Of a stretch of DNA of 64,000 nucleotides, positions 54,913 through 64,000 are shown piece by piece (position 1 is the stretch's first letter; each line of letters begins with the position of its first letter). The stretch is from Rickettsia typhi. Its GTDB lineage: Bacteria; Pseudomonadota; Alphaproteobacteria; Rickettsiales; UBA1997. A program made the position numbers and the translations under genes. The notes below the pieces were generated by a model. It was not told where the DNA came from. It made no database searches and was given only the letters and a program-made list of their open reading frames with translations. Location of the stretch: positions 174,127 to 238,126 of the forward strand of contig CAMBFC010000001.1 in the NCBI GenBank assembly GCA_945865905.1. Direction: 5' to 3'.

Positions 54913-56319
54913 ATGAAATATATTTCGACCCGCTCAAACGCCAAAAAACTTTCTTTTGAAGAAGCCGTTTTTCAAGGATTAGCAACTGACGGCGGACTTT
55001 ATGTGTCAGAATTTTTGCCTTCTTTTAGCGCCAAAGATTTGCAAAATCTGCGTCATTTATCTTATGAAGAATTATTTTTTGAAGTTACTAAACATTTTAT
55101 TGGTGGAGAAATTCCTGAAAAAATCTATCGCGAAATCATCAAAAAATCTTACAGCAATTTTTCTCACGCCGCCATCGCGCCTACAAAACAAATCCATGAT
55201 AATCAATTTTTGCTAGAATTATTTCACGGCCCTACCCTCGCTTTTAAAGATTTTGCGCTGCAATTTTTAGGAAATTTACTCGATTACTTTTTACAAAAGC
55301 GCGGTGAGCAAATCGTGATTATCGGCGCTACTTCTGGCGATACTGGCTCTGCGGCAATTCAAGGCTGTATGCATTGCCAAAATGCACAAATTTTTATTTT
55401 ACATCCGCATAAAAAAGTTTCAGAAGTGCAAAGACGCCAAATGACCAGCGTGCTCGCGCCAAATGTTCACAATATTGCACTAGAAGGAAATTTTGATGAT
55501 TGCCAAGCGATGGTAAAAAAAATGTTCGGCGAGCAAGATTTTCTTGGCGGCAAAAGAATGGTCGCAGTTAATTCAATAAATTTTGCTCGCATTATGGCGC
55601 AAATTGTTTATTATTTTTATGCGGTATTAAGGCTTGATGCGCCTAATGATAACCCAATTTCTTTCACCGTTCCTACAGGAAATTTTGGCGATATTTATGC
55701 AGGATTTTTAGCAAAAAAAATGGGTCTGCCAATCAAGCGCCTCATAATTGCAACCAATTCTAACGATATTCTCACGCGCTTTATAAATAATAATAATTAT
55801 AGCAAAAGCGCGATGATTGAAACGATCTCGCCAAGCATGAACATTCAGGTTTCAAGCAATTTTGAACGCTTGCTTTTTGATGTTCATAAAGATTTTAAAA
55901 ATGAAAAAAAACTCGCAAAGTTAATGCATGATTTTGAAATAAACGGCGCAATAAAAGTTGAAGAAGCGACGCTAGCAGAAATCAAAAAAACCTTTATCGC
56001 CTATGCAATTGATGATAGCGAAACCGCAAAAACAATTACACAAACATATCGCGATACAACAGAAACAGTAGATCCACACACGGCAGTTGCAATTAATGCT
56101 AGCAAAAAATTTATGCAAAGCGATTTATATGATGATGAATTTATAGTCAACATCGCCACCGCTCATCCAGCAAAATTTCCTGATGCCGTAACCAATGCTG
56201 GAGCACCTCAACCAGCATTGCCCGATTTTCTTAAAGATTTATTTGAGAGAGAAGAGCGTTATGAAATTTTGGGAAATAATTTGGATTTGGTGAAAAAATT
56301 TATTGCTCGAAATTGTTAG
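54913..56319 (+). CDS. thrC: Threonine synthase
   Basis: MKYISTRS N-terminus, the PLP-Lys region FHGPTLAFKDFA and the GATSGDTGSAA loop. Confidence 0.95.
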   Translation: MKYISTRSNAKKLSFEEAVFQGLATDGGLYVSEFLPSFSAKDLQNLRHLSYEELFFEVTKHFIGGEIPEKIYREIIKKSYSNFSHAAIAPTKQIHDNQFLLELFHGPTLAFKDFALQFLGNLLDYFLQKRGEQIVIIGATSGDTGSAAIQGCMHCQNAQIFILHPHKKVSEVQRRQMTSVLAPNVHNIALEGNFDDCQAMVKKMFGEQDFLGGKRMVAVNSINFARIMAQIVYYFYAVLRLDAPNDNPISFTVPTGNFGDIYAGFLAKKMGLPIKRLIIATNSNDILTRFINNNNYSKSAMIETISPSMNIQVSSNFERLLFDVHKDFKNEKKLAKLMHDFEINGAIKVEEATLAEIKKTFIAYAIDDSETAKTITQTYRDTTETVDPHTAVAINASKKFMQSDLYDDEFIVNIATAHPAKFPDAVTNAGAPQPALPDFLKDLFEREERYEILGNNLDLVKKFIARNC

Positions 56320-56474
56320 ATTATAGATCTCGTCCGCGGCTTGAGAGCTAGTTAGGTAAGGCTCTGCTGCTCAGACACCCTTTTTATTTGAATTAAAGCA
56401 AGCGTAGCTTGCAATAAAAATGGAACTCGCCTCAGCAGAACATCTTCAGCCAATCTCCTCGGCCTTTCTTGAAG
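56320..56474 (-). repeat. Nested palindromic element, copy D (core 56367..56432)
   Basis: The core matches copy A at 65/66 positions. The outer end TTATAGATCTCGTCC starts 1-2 nt after the thrC stop. The middle arms are degenerate. Confidence 0.8.
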
Positions 56475-56560
56475 TTTTTTAGGTGGTTTTTAAATCTTTA
56501 CCGCAACAACCCAAAAGGACTTTATTATTGAAAGAATAACCTTAATATAAAAATACTAGA

Positions 56561-56703
56561 AGAAAGGCTTTAGAGCTTGCTGGTGATGCTTGAATGCGAG
56601 TTCCATTTTTATTGCAAGCTACTCTTGCTTTATTCAAATAAAAAGGGTGTCTGAGCAGGCGAGTATCACCAGCAAGCTCTAAAGCCGAGGACGAGATCTA
56701 TAA
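56561..56703 (+). repeat. Nested palindromic element, copy E (core ~56594..56658)
   Basis: Core with a few substitutions and a 1-nt deletion. Arms are GCTTGCTGGTGAT and ATCACCAGCAAGC. The outer end is AGCTCTAAAGCCGAGGACGAGATCTATAA. Inverted relative to copy D. Confidence 0.8.
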
Positions 56704-56746
56704 ATTTAAGCCACAAAGTAAAAATCATGAATTAAGAATCACAAAA

Positions 56747-58633
56747 ATGGCACCAACACTAGGATTCACAACACTTCTACTAATAATCGCCCTAACCCTA
56801 TTCTTGCCATGCTATTTTATTTTCAACAAATCTAAGCAAGAATCGGCAGAAATCTCACTAACAACAATGGGGCTAATTTTCTTCCTCGCAATTTTCGCCC
56901 AAGGCTGCCTAATCTACTCCTATATAGTTTCCGATTACTCCGTTCTAAATGTCTACCAAAACTCACACCACCTCAAACCACTAATTTTTAAAATTGCTGG
57001 CTCATGGGGAAACCACGAAGGATCAATGCTGCTGCTGATCAGCGTGCTTTCGGGCTATAGTTTATTTTTTGCCCTGCGCGATAAAAGTGAATTCAAAACC
57101 ATTACCCTTTCCTCGCAATGCCTTATCATTCTAGGCTTCACCAGCTTTACCGCCTTCACCTCCAATCCATTTGAAAGACTTTTTCCTGCGCCAATCGAAG
57201 GCCTCAGCCTCAATCCGCTTCTACAAGATATTGGCCTCGCGCTTCATCCGCCAATGCTTTATGTTGGCTATATTGGCTTTTCCGTTGTTTTTTCACTTAT
57301 AATTGCTGGCCTGTTACAAGAAAAAATCACCCCCGCACTAGCTAAAATCATGCAATTTTGGCTATTTTTATCATGGGGATTTTTAACCCTAGGAATCGGT
57401 CTCGGATCTTGGTGGGCCTATCGCGAGCTTGGTTGGGGCGGCTATTGGTTTTGGGATCCTGTAGAAAATGTTTCACTAATGCCATGGTTGGCTGCAACCG
57501 CACTAATTCACGCTCTCAAGCTACTCAAAACCCAAAATATTTGCAAAATTTGGGTGACTTTGCTCGCCATCACCAACTTCACCTTATGCCTCATCGGAAT
57601 CTTTCTAACCCGCTCTGGCCTTCTTACCTCGGTTCACTCTTTTGCGGTTGATGCCAAGCGCGGATTTTTTATCATTCTATTAATCACCATAATCAGCGGT
57701 ATCGCAATGTTGATTTTTGCTCTCAAAGCCAATAAAATCAAGCCTTCACAGCAATCAAAAAATATTAGATTCTTCTCTAAAACTGGCATGATTTTTAGCA
57801 ATAATTATCTCTTAATTATCGCCCTTTTTACAACTTTATTAGGCACTTTATACCCAATTTTATCCCAAACCATCTTCGACCAATCAATCTCAATTGGAGC
57901 AAAATACTACAACCAAATCTTCACGATTTTACTACTGCCTTTCTTAATTTTTTTGATCATCTCCTATTTTACCCATTATAAAATCCAAGCCAGCAAAATA
58001 AAAATCATCACCAAGCGCAACTCCTTAATATTACTAGCTTCGGCAAGTTTGACATTTTTGGCTTATCTTAAAACAAATAACGCCTCTTTTAGTGAAATTA
58101 TCCTATTATTTTTAGCATTAAATGGCTCATTTCTAGCTCTCTTATCTCGCAAAACCGTCTCGAACATTGCCCATCTAGGCTTTACTTTGTTAGTAATTGG
58201 AGTTATACTATCATCTCTTGGATCCGTCAAAGAAGTAAATATTAAACAAGGTGAAATAATAAATGTTTCTGATGATGAAAATTATCAGATTCGTTTCGAT
58301 CGTATCGACTACAAAGCGGGGCAGAATTTTTTAGCGCGTGAAGGAATTTTCACAATTTTTGAAAACGGCAAAGAATTAAATCGTATCAAACCACAGCTAC
58401 GATATTATCCTGTATCCGACCAAACCACCAACGAGGCAGCGATCCGACATGGATTTTTTGGAGATCTTTATTTAGCTATCGGCAATAAAGATGAAAATAA
58501 TTTCTATGCTCTAAGAATTTATTACAAACCATTTATTTATCTGATTTGGCTGGGCTGTTTAATAATGTCAGTTGCGGCAGCTTTAAAAGTTGTGCAGTTT
58601 TTTATTGGTAAAAAAAATGAAGTTTTATTGTAA
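56747..58633 (+). CDS. ccmF: Cytochrome c-type biogenesis heme lyase CcmF
   Basis: 628 aa and polytopic. WGNHEGSMLL and the WWAYRELGWGGYWFWDPVEN (WWD-like) motif. Confidence 0.9.
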   Translation: MAPTLGFTTLLLIIALTLFLPCYFIFNKSKQESAEISLTTMGLIFFLAIFAQGCLIYSYIVSDYSVLNVYQNSHHLKPLIFKIAGSWGNHEGSMLLLISVLSGYSLFFALRDKSEFKTITLSSQCLIILGFTSFTAFTSNPFERLFPAPIEGLSLNPLLQDIGLALHPPMLYVGYIGFSVVFSLIIAGLLQEKITPALAKIMQFWLFLSWGFLTLGIGLGSWWAYRELGWGGYWFWDPVENVSLMPWLAATALIHALKLLKTQNICKIWVTLLAITNFTLCLIGIFLTRSGLLTSVHSFAVDAKRGFFIILLITIISGIAMLIFALKANKIKPSQQSKNIRFFSKTGMIFSNNYLLIIALFTTLLGTLYPILSQTIFDQSISIGAKYYNQIFTILLLPFLIFLIISYFTHYKIQASKIKIITKRNSLILLASASLTFLAYLKTNNASFSEIILLFLALNGSFLALLSRKTVSNIAHLGFTLLVIGVILSSLGSVKEVNIKQGEIINVSDDENYQIRFDRIDYKAGQNFLAREGIFTIFENGKELNRIKPQLRYYPVSDQTTNEAAIRHGFFGDLYLAIGNKDENNFYALRIYYKPFIYLIWLGCLIMSVAAALKVVQFFIGKKNEVLL

Positions 58634-60380
58634 ATTTTTCACCGCATTTTTTCTTCTCTTTGCTCTTTCGCAAAATGCAAATTCAAACGGAGCCCCCAAC
58701 AACGATAACTGGACTGGCGAAAGCGCGGCTAAAATTCGCAATCTTAGAACCATCTCTGGCAAAAAATACATGATCAGTAGCGCTGATGAATTGGCTAGCC
58801 AAGCTGGACAAAAAATGATCGAGCAAGGTGGCAACGCAATTGATGCAGCAATCGCAACGCAAATGGTTTTGAATGTGGTTGAGCCACATTCTTCGGGGAT
58901 TGGTGGCGGTGGATTTTTGCTTTATTATCACGCCAAAACTGCCAAAACAATTTATTTCAACGGTCGCGAAACCGCGCCAGCCGCATCATTTTCTAAAATG
59001 TTTTTGGATAAAAATGGCAAAGCGCGCGATTTTACTGATGTAGTTCGCGGCGGCTTATCTGTAGGCACGCCGGGTTTGTTAAAAATGTTCAAAGAAGCTC
59101 ATGATAAATATGGCAAGCTTCCTTGGGCAACTTTATTTGAACCAGCAATCGAAATAGCACGCAAAGGATTTGTTGTTAATGATAGAATGCGCGCGCTTTC
59201 AACACAAATTTCTTACCTCAAAGATTTTGATGAATCTGCCGAAATTTATCTTACTAAAGATAAAAAACCAAAAGCAATTGGTGATATAATCACTAATCCA
59301 AAACTGGCTGCAACCCTAGAAACCATTGCCGAAGAAGGCATTGATTCTTTTTATAAAGGACGCATCGCACAAGATATTGTTAATGCAGTTCGCAATTCAA
59401 AAGTTAATCCGGGAACCTTATCTTTAAAAGATCTCGCAAATTATCAAACAACCACAGGTGATTTAATTTGTGGCACTTATCGCGTAAAATATAAAATTTG
59501 TTCAATGCCTTTGCCAAGCTCTGGCGGCATTACTTTGTTGCAAATTTTAGGTATCTTAGAAAATTTTGATTTAGCAAATTTGCGCCCAGATTCAAAAGAA
59601 GCGGTGCATTTAATCACTGAAGCTTCGCGCTTGGCATATGCTGATCGCAATGAATATATCGCAGATATAAATAATGTTCCTGTAACGCAAATGCTTGATA
59701 AGCTTTATTTAAGACAACGCAGCAAGCTAATCAAAACAAGCCGCGCGATGGCAAAAGTTAACGCAGGAAAATTCTCTGATTCAAAAATTATCGCCAATAA
59801 ACTTGCAAAAGTTAAAGCTGTTGAACCACCATCAACAACACATATTTCGATTGTTGATGAAGATGGCAACGCTGTTTCTCTAACCACTTCAATTGAATAT
59901 TTCTTTGGATCAGCTTTATCGGTTGATGGATTTATGTTGAATAACCAGCTCACAGATTTTTCTCTCACGCCTTTTGTTAACGGCAAATATGTTGCCAATC
60001 GTTTGCGCGCTGGCAAGCAACCTCGCAGTTCACTTACACCAACATTAGTGTTTGATCAGAATGATAAATTATTGATGGTGGTTGGATCGCCTGGCGGTCC
60101 GCGCATTATTCAATTTACCTTGAAATCAATTTTAAATCACCTTGATTGGAAAATGGATATTCAAAAATCTATTGCAGCACCTAATTTTGTAGCATTAAAT
60201 GGCGCACTTGAGCTTGAAGAAAATACCGCGGTGGCAAAATTAAAACCACAGCTTGAAGAAATGGGGCACAAAGTAAAAGTGATCGACATTGTAAGTGGAA
60301 TTCACGCTATTACCATTGATGATCGCAAGCTAAAAGGTGGCGCTGATCCGCGTAGAAATGGCATGGCAATTGGAATGTAG
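58617..60380 (+). CDS. ggt: Gamma-glutamyltransferase
   Basis: Signal peptide MKFYCKFFTAFFLLFALSQNANS, the autoprocessing site PPSTTHISIVD and the GSPGGPRII region. Confidence 0.9.
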   Translation: MKFYCKFFTAFFLLFALSQNANSNGAPNNDNWTGESAAKIRNLRTISGKKYMISSADELASQAGQKMIEQGGNAIDAAIATQMVLNVVEPHSSGIGGGGFLLYYHAKTAKTIYFNGRETAPAASFSKMFLDKNGKARDFTDVVRGGLSVGTPGLLKMFKEAHDKYGKLPWATLFEPAIEIARKGFVVNDRMRALSTQISYLKDFDESAEIYLTKDKKPKAIGDIITNPKLAATLETIAEEGIDSFYKGRIAQDIVNAVRNSKVNPGTLSLKDLANYQTTTGDLICGTYRVKYKICSMPLPSSGGITLLQILGILENFDLANLRPDSKEAVHLITEASRLAYADRNEYIADINNVPVTQMLDKLYLRQRSKLIKTSRAMAKVNAGKFSDSKIIANKLAKVKAVEPPSTTHISIVDEDGNAVSLTTSIEYFFGSALSVDGFMLNNQLTDFSLTPFVNGKYVANRLRAGKQPRSSLTPTLVFDQNDKLLMVVGSPGGPRIIQFTLKSILNHLDWKMDIQKSIAAPNFVALNGALELEENTAVAKLKPQLEEMGHKVKVIDIVSGIHAITIDDRKLKGGADPRRNGMAIGM

Positions 60381-60425
60381 AACCAAAATACTATTCATAA
60401 CAAATTAGTGCTTACAGCAAATTTC

Positions 60426-60971
60426 TTAGATTGAGTCAAAATTAATTCTCAATAAATTAAATTTAGTTCCCCAGTCACGATAAGCAACATCTCCATCAGA
60501 GCTAAAGCCAAGCTTGCGTAATAGCTTAATGCAGGCAAAATTCTCTTTATTAACTCTTGCTGGCACGCTTATTTCAGGAAAATTATTAAAAAAGAATCGT
60601 AAAAATGCTGATGAAAATTCATAACCATAGCCAAGGCCCGCATTTTTTGAGGCAACCATAATTAAAAATTCAATTTTATCAGAAAGAACTAAAGAGCCAT
60701 CATTTAAAGATTCTTGATTTTGCACGCCGCCAAAACCGATAAATTCATTATTTTTTTTGGAGAAAAATAAATAAGATCCAATATTTTGGTTTTCTTGGTA
60801 ACATTTTTTGACTAATTCAATATCTTTCATCACATCAAGCCCCTCTAGGTATTGCGTGCTGCCATCGGCATTGTAAAGATCAATAACAAAGTGCTGATTT
60901 TGCGGCGTTAAAAAATGCGCTTCGAGGCGATCGGTGGTAAAGGCAATTTTTTGTTCGAAAAAACTTAGCAT
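60426..60971 (-). CDS. GNAT-family N-acetyltransferase (RimJ/RimL-like)
   Basis: NAGLGYGYEFSSAFLRFFF and the ARVNKENFACIKLLRKLGF region are typical of GNAT motifs A/B. Confidence 0.65.
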   Translation of the reverse strand: MLSFFEQKIAFTTDRLEAHFLTPQNQHFVIDLYNADGSTQYLEGLDVMKDIELVKKCYQENQNIGSYLFFSKKNNEFIGFGGVQNQESLNDGSLVLSDKIEFLIMVASKNAGLGYGYEFSSAFLRFFFNNFPEISVPARVNKENFACIKLLRKLGFSSDGDVAYRDWGTKFNLLRINFDSI

Positions 60972-60980
60972 ATTTTAAAA

Positions 60981-62780
60981 TCAATAAACACGTTTTTTTG
61001 GTGGAAAAGCCTGAACATCGTTGGTCATAGGCTTTAACACCACATCACGATAATCAATTTTTGTTTCACCTAGACTGTTGCACCAAATAATTGTGTGCTT
61101 CATCCAATTTTCATCATCGCGATCTTTGTAATCTTCGCGAGCATGCGCGCCACGGCTTTCTTTGCGATTTTGTGCCGCTCTAATTGTAACTAAAGCTTGC
61201 GAACGCAGGTTATCAAGTTCTAAACTTTCAACTAAATCACTGTTCCAAACTAGTCCGCGATCAGTAATATGAAGATCTGCAAAGCTTTTGAAAATTTCTA
61301 ACATTTTATCGCAACCTTTTTGCAAAATTTCTTCATTACGAAAAACTGCTGAATGATCTTGCATACATTTTTGCATTTCGCTGCGAATTTTTGCTGATGG
61401 AGATTTGCCGTTAGCATTGCGAATTTTTTCAAAGCGCTCGATTGATTCGGCGCCAGCATTTTCTGCAAATTCAGCTTGCGGTGCATTTGGCTTGATTAAT
61501 TCTGCGGCGCGAATAGCGGCAGCGCGGCCAAATACCACAAGATCTAGCAATGAATTTGAACCAAGACGATTGGCGCCATGAACCGAAACACAAGCCGCCT
61601 CACCAATAGCCATAAGGCCTGGTACAATTTCTGTTTTACCATTTTTAACGGTAAGAACCTCGCCTTTTACATTTGTTGGCACGCCGCCCATGTTATAGTG
61701 AACTGTTGGCAGCACTGGGATCGGCTCTTTTGTAACATCTACACCAGCGAAAATTTTTGCCGTTTCTGAAATGCCGGGAAGGCGTTCATGCAAAATTTTT
61801 GGATCAAGATGATTTAGGTGCAAATAAATATGATCTTTCTTGGGGCCAACACCGCGCCCAGCAATGATTTCCATTGTCATCGAGCGCGAAACTACATCGC
61901 GGCTAGCAAGATCTTTGGCGTTAGGGGCATATCGTTCCATAAAACGCTCACCTTCAGAATTGACGAGATAACCGCCTTCGCCGCGCGCGCCTTCAGTGAT
62001 TAGGCAGCCTGAACCATAAACCCCAGTTGGGTGAAATTGTACGAATTCCATATCTTGCAGAGGCAGCCCCGCTCTAAGCACCATAGCATTGCCATCACCC
62101 GTGCAAGTATGTGCCGAAGTGGCAGAAAAATAAGCGCGGCCATAACCACCAGTAGCAAGCACAACGATTTGTGCTTTAAAACGATGCATCGTTCCATCAA
62201 GCAAATTAAGTGCCGTGATACCGCGACAGACGCCGTTTTCCATGATTAAATCAAGCGCGAAATATTCGATAAAAAATTGCGCATCATGCTTGATTGATTG
62301 CTGATAAAGCGTGTGCAAAATTGCGTGACCAGTGCGATCAGCGGCGGCACAAGTGCGTTGCGCTGGCCCACCTTCACCATATTCTTTGGTCATTCCGCCA
62401 AAAGGGCGTTGGTAAATTTTGCCTTCTTTAGTGCGCGAAAATGGCACGCCGTAATGTTCAAGCTCAATAATTGCGTCTGGTGCTTCGCGGCACATATATT
62501 CGATGGCATCTTGGTCGCCAAGCCAGTCTGAGCCTTTTACTGTATCAAACATGTGCCAGCGCCAATCATCTTCGCCCATGTTGCCAAGTGCGGCAGAAAT
62601 TCCACCTTGCGCCGCCACAGTGTGTGAGCGAGTTGGAAACACTTTTGAAATGCAAGCAGTAGATAATCCTTTTGCCGCCATACCCAAGGTTGCGCGCAAA
62701 CCAGCGCCGCCAGCGCCTACAACCAAAACATCAAACTCGTGATCAACAATATTATAATTTCCGATTTTTTTCTCTGTCAT
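60981..62780 (-). CDS. sdhA: Succinate dehydrogenase flavoprotein subunit
   Basis: [14 protein letters not shown] loop, the SHTVAAQGG covalent-FAD His region and the [11 protein letters not shown] motif. Confidence 0.97.
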   Translation of the reverse strand: MTEKKIGNYNIVDHEFDVLVVGAGGAGLRATLGMAAKGLSTACISKVFPTRSHTVAAQGGISAALGNMGEDDWRWHMFDTVKGSDWLGDQDAIEYMCREAPDAIIELEHYGVPFSRTKEGKIYQRPFGGMTKEYGEGGPAQRTCAAADRTGHAILHTLYQQSIKHDAQFFIEYFALDLIMENGVCRGITALNLLDGTMHRFKAQIVVLATGGYGRAYFSATSAHTCTGDGNAMVLRAGLPLQDMEFVQFHPTGVYGSGCLITEGARGEGGYLVNSEGERFMERYAPNAKDLASRDVVSRSMTMEIIAGRGVGPKKDHIYLHLNHLDPKILHERLPGISETAKIFAGVDVTKEPIPVLPTVHYNMGGVPTNVKGEVLTVKNGKTEIVPGLMAIGEAACVSVHGANRLGSNSLLDLVVFGRAAAIRAAELIKPNAPQAEFAENAGAESIERFEKIRNANGKSPSAKIRSEMQKCMQDHSAVFRNEEILQKGCDKMLEIFKSFADLHITDRGLVWNSDLVESLELDNLRSQALVTIRAAQNRKESRGAHAREDYKDRDDENWMKHTIIWCNSLGETKIDYRDVVLKPMTNDVQAFPPKKRVY

Positions 62781-62803
62781 TTTTTATATTTATAAAAATT
62801 TAT

Positions 62804-63169
62804 TTATCCAACCAAGTGCAACCTTACAATCGAAAGGATCGCCGCAATTGCCGTAGTAATAGAAAGAAAATGCACCGCCACAATTAAAAAGCGTCGCGCA
62901 GTTTTATGCGCCACATAATCTTCAAGGATAACCTGCATGCCAAGACTGCCGTGATAGAGAGCCGTGCTCACTAGTAGAACTCCCATTATCGCATTAAATG
63001 GATAGGCAAAAAACACTGCCATATTGGCTTCAGGATCTTGGATTATGCGCACAAAAGATATTGCGAGCCAAATCATTAATGGCAAAAGTGCCGCCGCAGA
63101 AACTCTTTGCATCAGCCAGTGATGGGCTCCTGTATTGGTTGCGGGAGCGATTTTAATTTTTCTAGTCAT
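62804..63169 (-). CDS. sdhD: Succinate dehydrogenase membrane anchor subunit
   Basis: 121 aa with three TM helices, the HHWLMQRVSA start and its position between sdhC and sdhA. Confidence 0.85.
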   Translation of the reverse strand: MTRKIKIAPATNTGAHHWLMQRVSAAALLPLMIWLAISFVRIIQDPEANMAVFFAYPFNAIMGVLLVSTALYHGSLGMQVILEDYVAHKTARRFLIVAVHFLSITTAIAAILSIVRLHLVG

Positions 63170-63172
63170 AAG

Positions 63173-63589
63173 TTACATAAATTTAAAATAAGCAGCAAAA
63201 CCAATGGTAAGGCCAGTAAAAATAACCGCCATCAAAATAGCTAAAAAGCCTGTAAAGCGCGCTACTCTAAGATCATAGCCCTTGCCAATATCCCAAAATA
63301 AATGGCGAATTCCATTGCATAAATGATAATAAAGCGCAAAAACTACACCAACTATTGCGGCATAAAAAACATATTCCAAAGCTTGTTTCCATGGGCAATC
63401 ACATTGCTCAGAAGCCCCATCAACATTGACTTGATAGGCATAAAAAACCACATACCACGAAATTGCAATAATTGAAAAATATAGCAAAACTCCCGTAAGT
63501 CGATGCAAAATTGAAGTAAGGGAAGAGATGTTCCAAGCATATATCTGCAAGTGTGGCGAGGTAGGTCGCGAATCTTTTTTATTGGTCAT
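63173..63589 (-). CDS. sdhC: Succinate dehydrogenase cytochrome b556 subunit
   Basis: RPTSPHLQIY motif and three TM helices. First gene of the sdh cluster. Confidence 0.85.
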   Translation of the reverse strand: MTNKKDSRPTSPHLQIYAWNISSLTSILHRLTGVLLYFSIIAISWYVVFYAYQVNVDGASEQCDCPWKQALEYVFYAAIVGVVFALYYHLCNGIRHLFWDIGKGYDLRVARFTGFLAILMAVIFTGLTIGFAAYFKFM

Positions 63590-63738
63590 TTTTATAAATT
63601 TTAAAGATCAAAAACTATTTTTGTATAACAATAAAATAAATGTTATATAAATTCTTTACAACGAATTTCTGATTTTTGCTTGAGCAAGCCAAATATAATA
63701 ATATAATTTCTTAAATTTCAACTTATCCAAAATTTAAA

Positions 63739-64000
63739 ATGAAAAAAGCTCTTATCACCGGAATTACTGGCCAAGACGGCTCTTATTTAACCGAATTTTT
63801 GCTAGCTAAAGGCTACGAAGTTCACGGCATTATACGCCGCTCAAGCAGCTTTAACACTGGCCGCATCGATCATCTTTATAGCAATCCCGATATTTACGGC
63901 AAAAAATTATTTTTACATTATGGCGATTTAGCTGATGCCTCTTGTATTTCACGCTTGCTTGAAAAAGTTGTTCCAGATGAGATCTACAACCTAGCGGCGC
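63739..64000 (+). CDS. gmd: GDP-mannose 4,6-dehydratase, N-terminal part (runs off the window)
   Basis: [47 protein letters not shown] is a near-textbook Gmd N-terminus. Not in the ORF track because no stop occurs in the window. Confidence 0.9.
   Translation, partial: MKKALITGITGQDGSYLTEFLLAKGYEVHGIIRRSSSFNTGRIDHLYSNPDIYGKKLFLHYGDLADASCISRLLEKVVPDEIYNLAA

Noticed and set aside
24207-56703. A CRISPR array formed by the repeated sequences
   Set aside because: The copies are dispersed over 32 kb, are 140-170 bp long, occur in both orientations and have no regular repeat-spacer periodicity. No cas genes are present.

Overview
AT-rich chromosomal segment that looks alphaproteobacterial, probably from an obligate-intracellular or endosymbiont-like lineage (Rickettsiales/Holosporales-like). 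That assignment is inferred from gene content and was not searched. Most of the window is housekeeping: nuoE, the bc1 complex petABC, dut, tgt, ccmG/ccmF, acs, ubiB, rsmA, ald, rsmG, cmk, thrC, ggt, sdhCDA and gmd. Four accessory themes stand out.

(1) Positions 1-6650 appear to be the right end of an integrative island abutting tRNA-Lys(CTT). It has a tyrosine recombinase, an Xis-like gene and an ImmR/ImmA-like module. Its cargo is a type I R-M operon in which an unusual fusion gene (ParB/DGQHR-like N-terminus, nucleoside 2-deoxyribosyltransferase/TIR-like C-terminus) is translationally coupled between hsdM and hsdS. This is my best candidate for an undescribed defence module.

(2) A dispersed family of nested palindromic elements has at least 5 copies. 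They share a 66-nt core, have copy-specific complementary arms and show compensatory changes in the inner stems. They resemble Rickettsia palindromic elements (RPEs).

(3) A family of orphan proteins has a mucin-like Ser/Thr stalk, one transmembrane (TM) helix and a Pro-rich tail. It includes two large tandem paralogs.

(4) There are signs of genome decay and host dependence: truncated purL, an internally deleted rhuM, a porin remnant and a tandem triplicated amino-acid permease.

No rRNA, CRISPR array or phage structural genes were seen. Features I located by hand (tRNAs, repeats, motifs) may be off by 1-2 nt. All functional calls rest on motif and family recognition by eye, not database searches.
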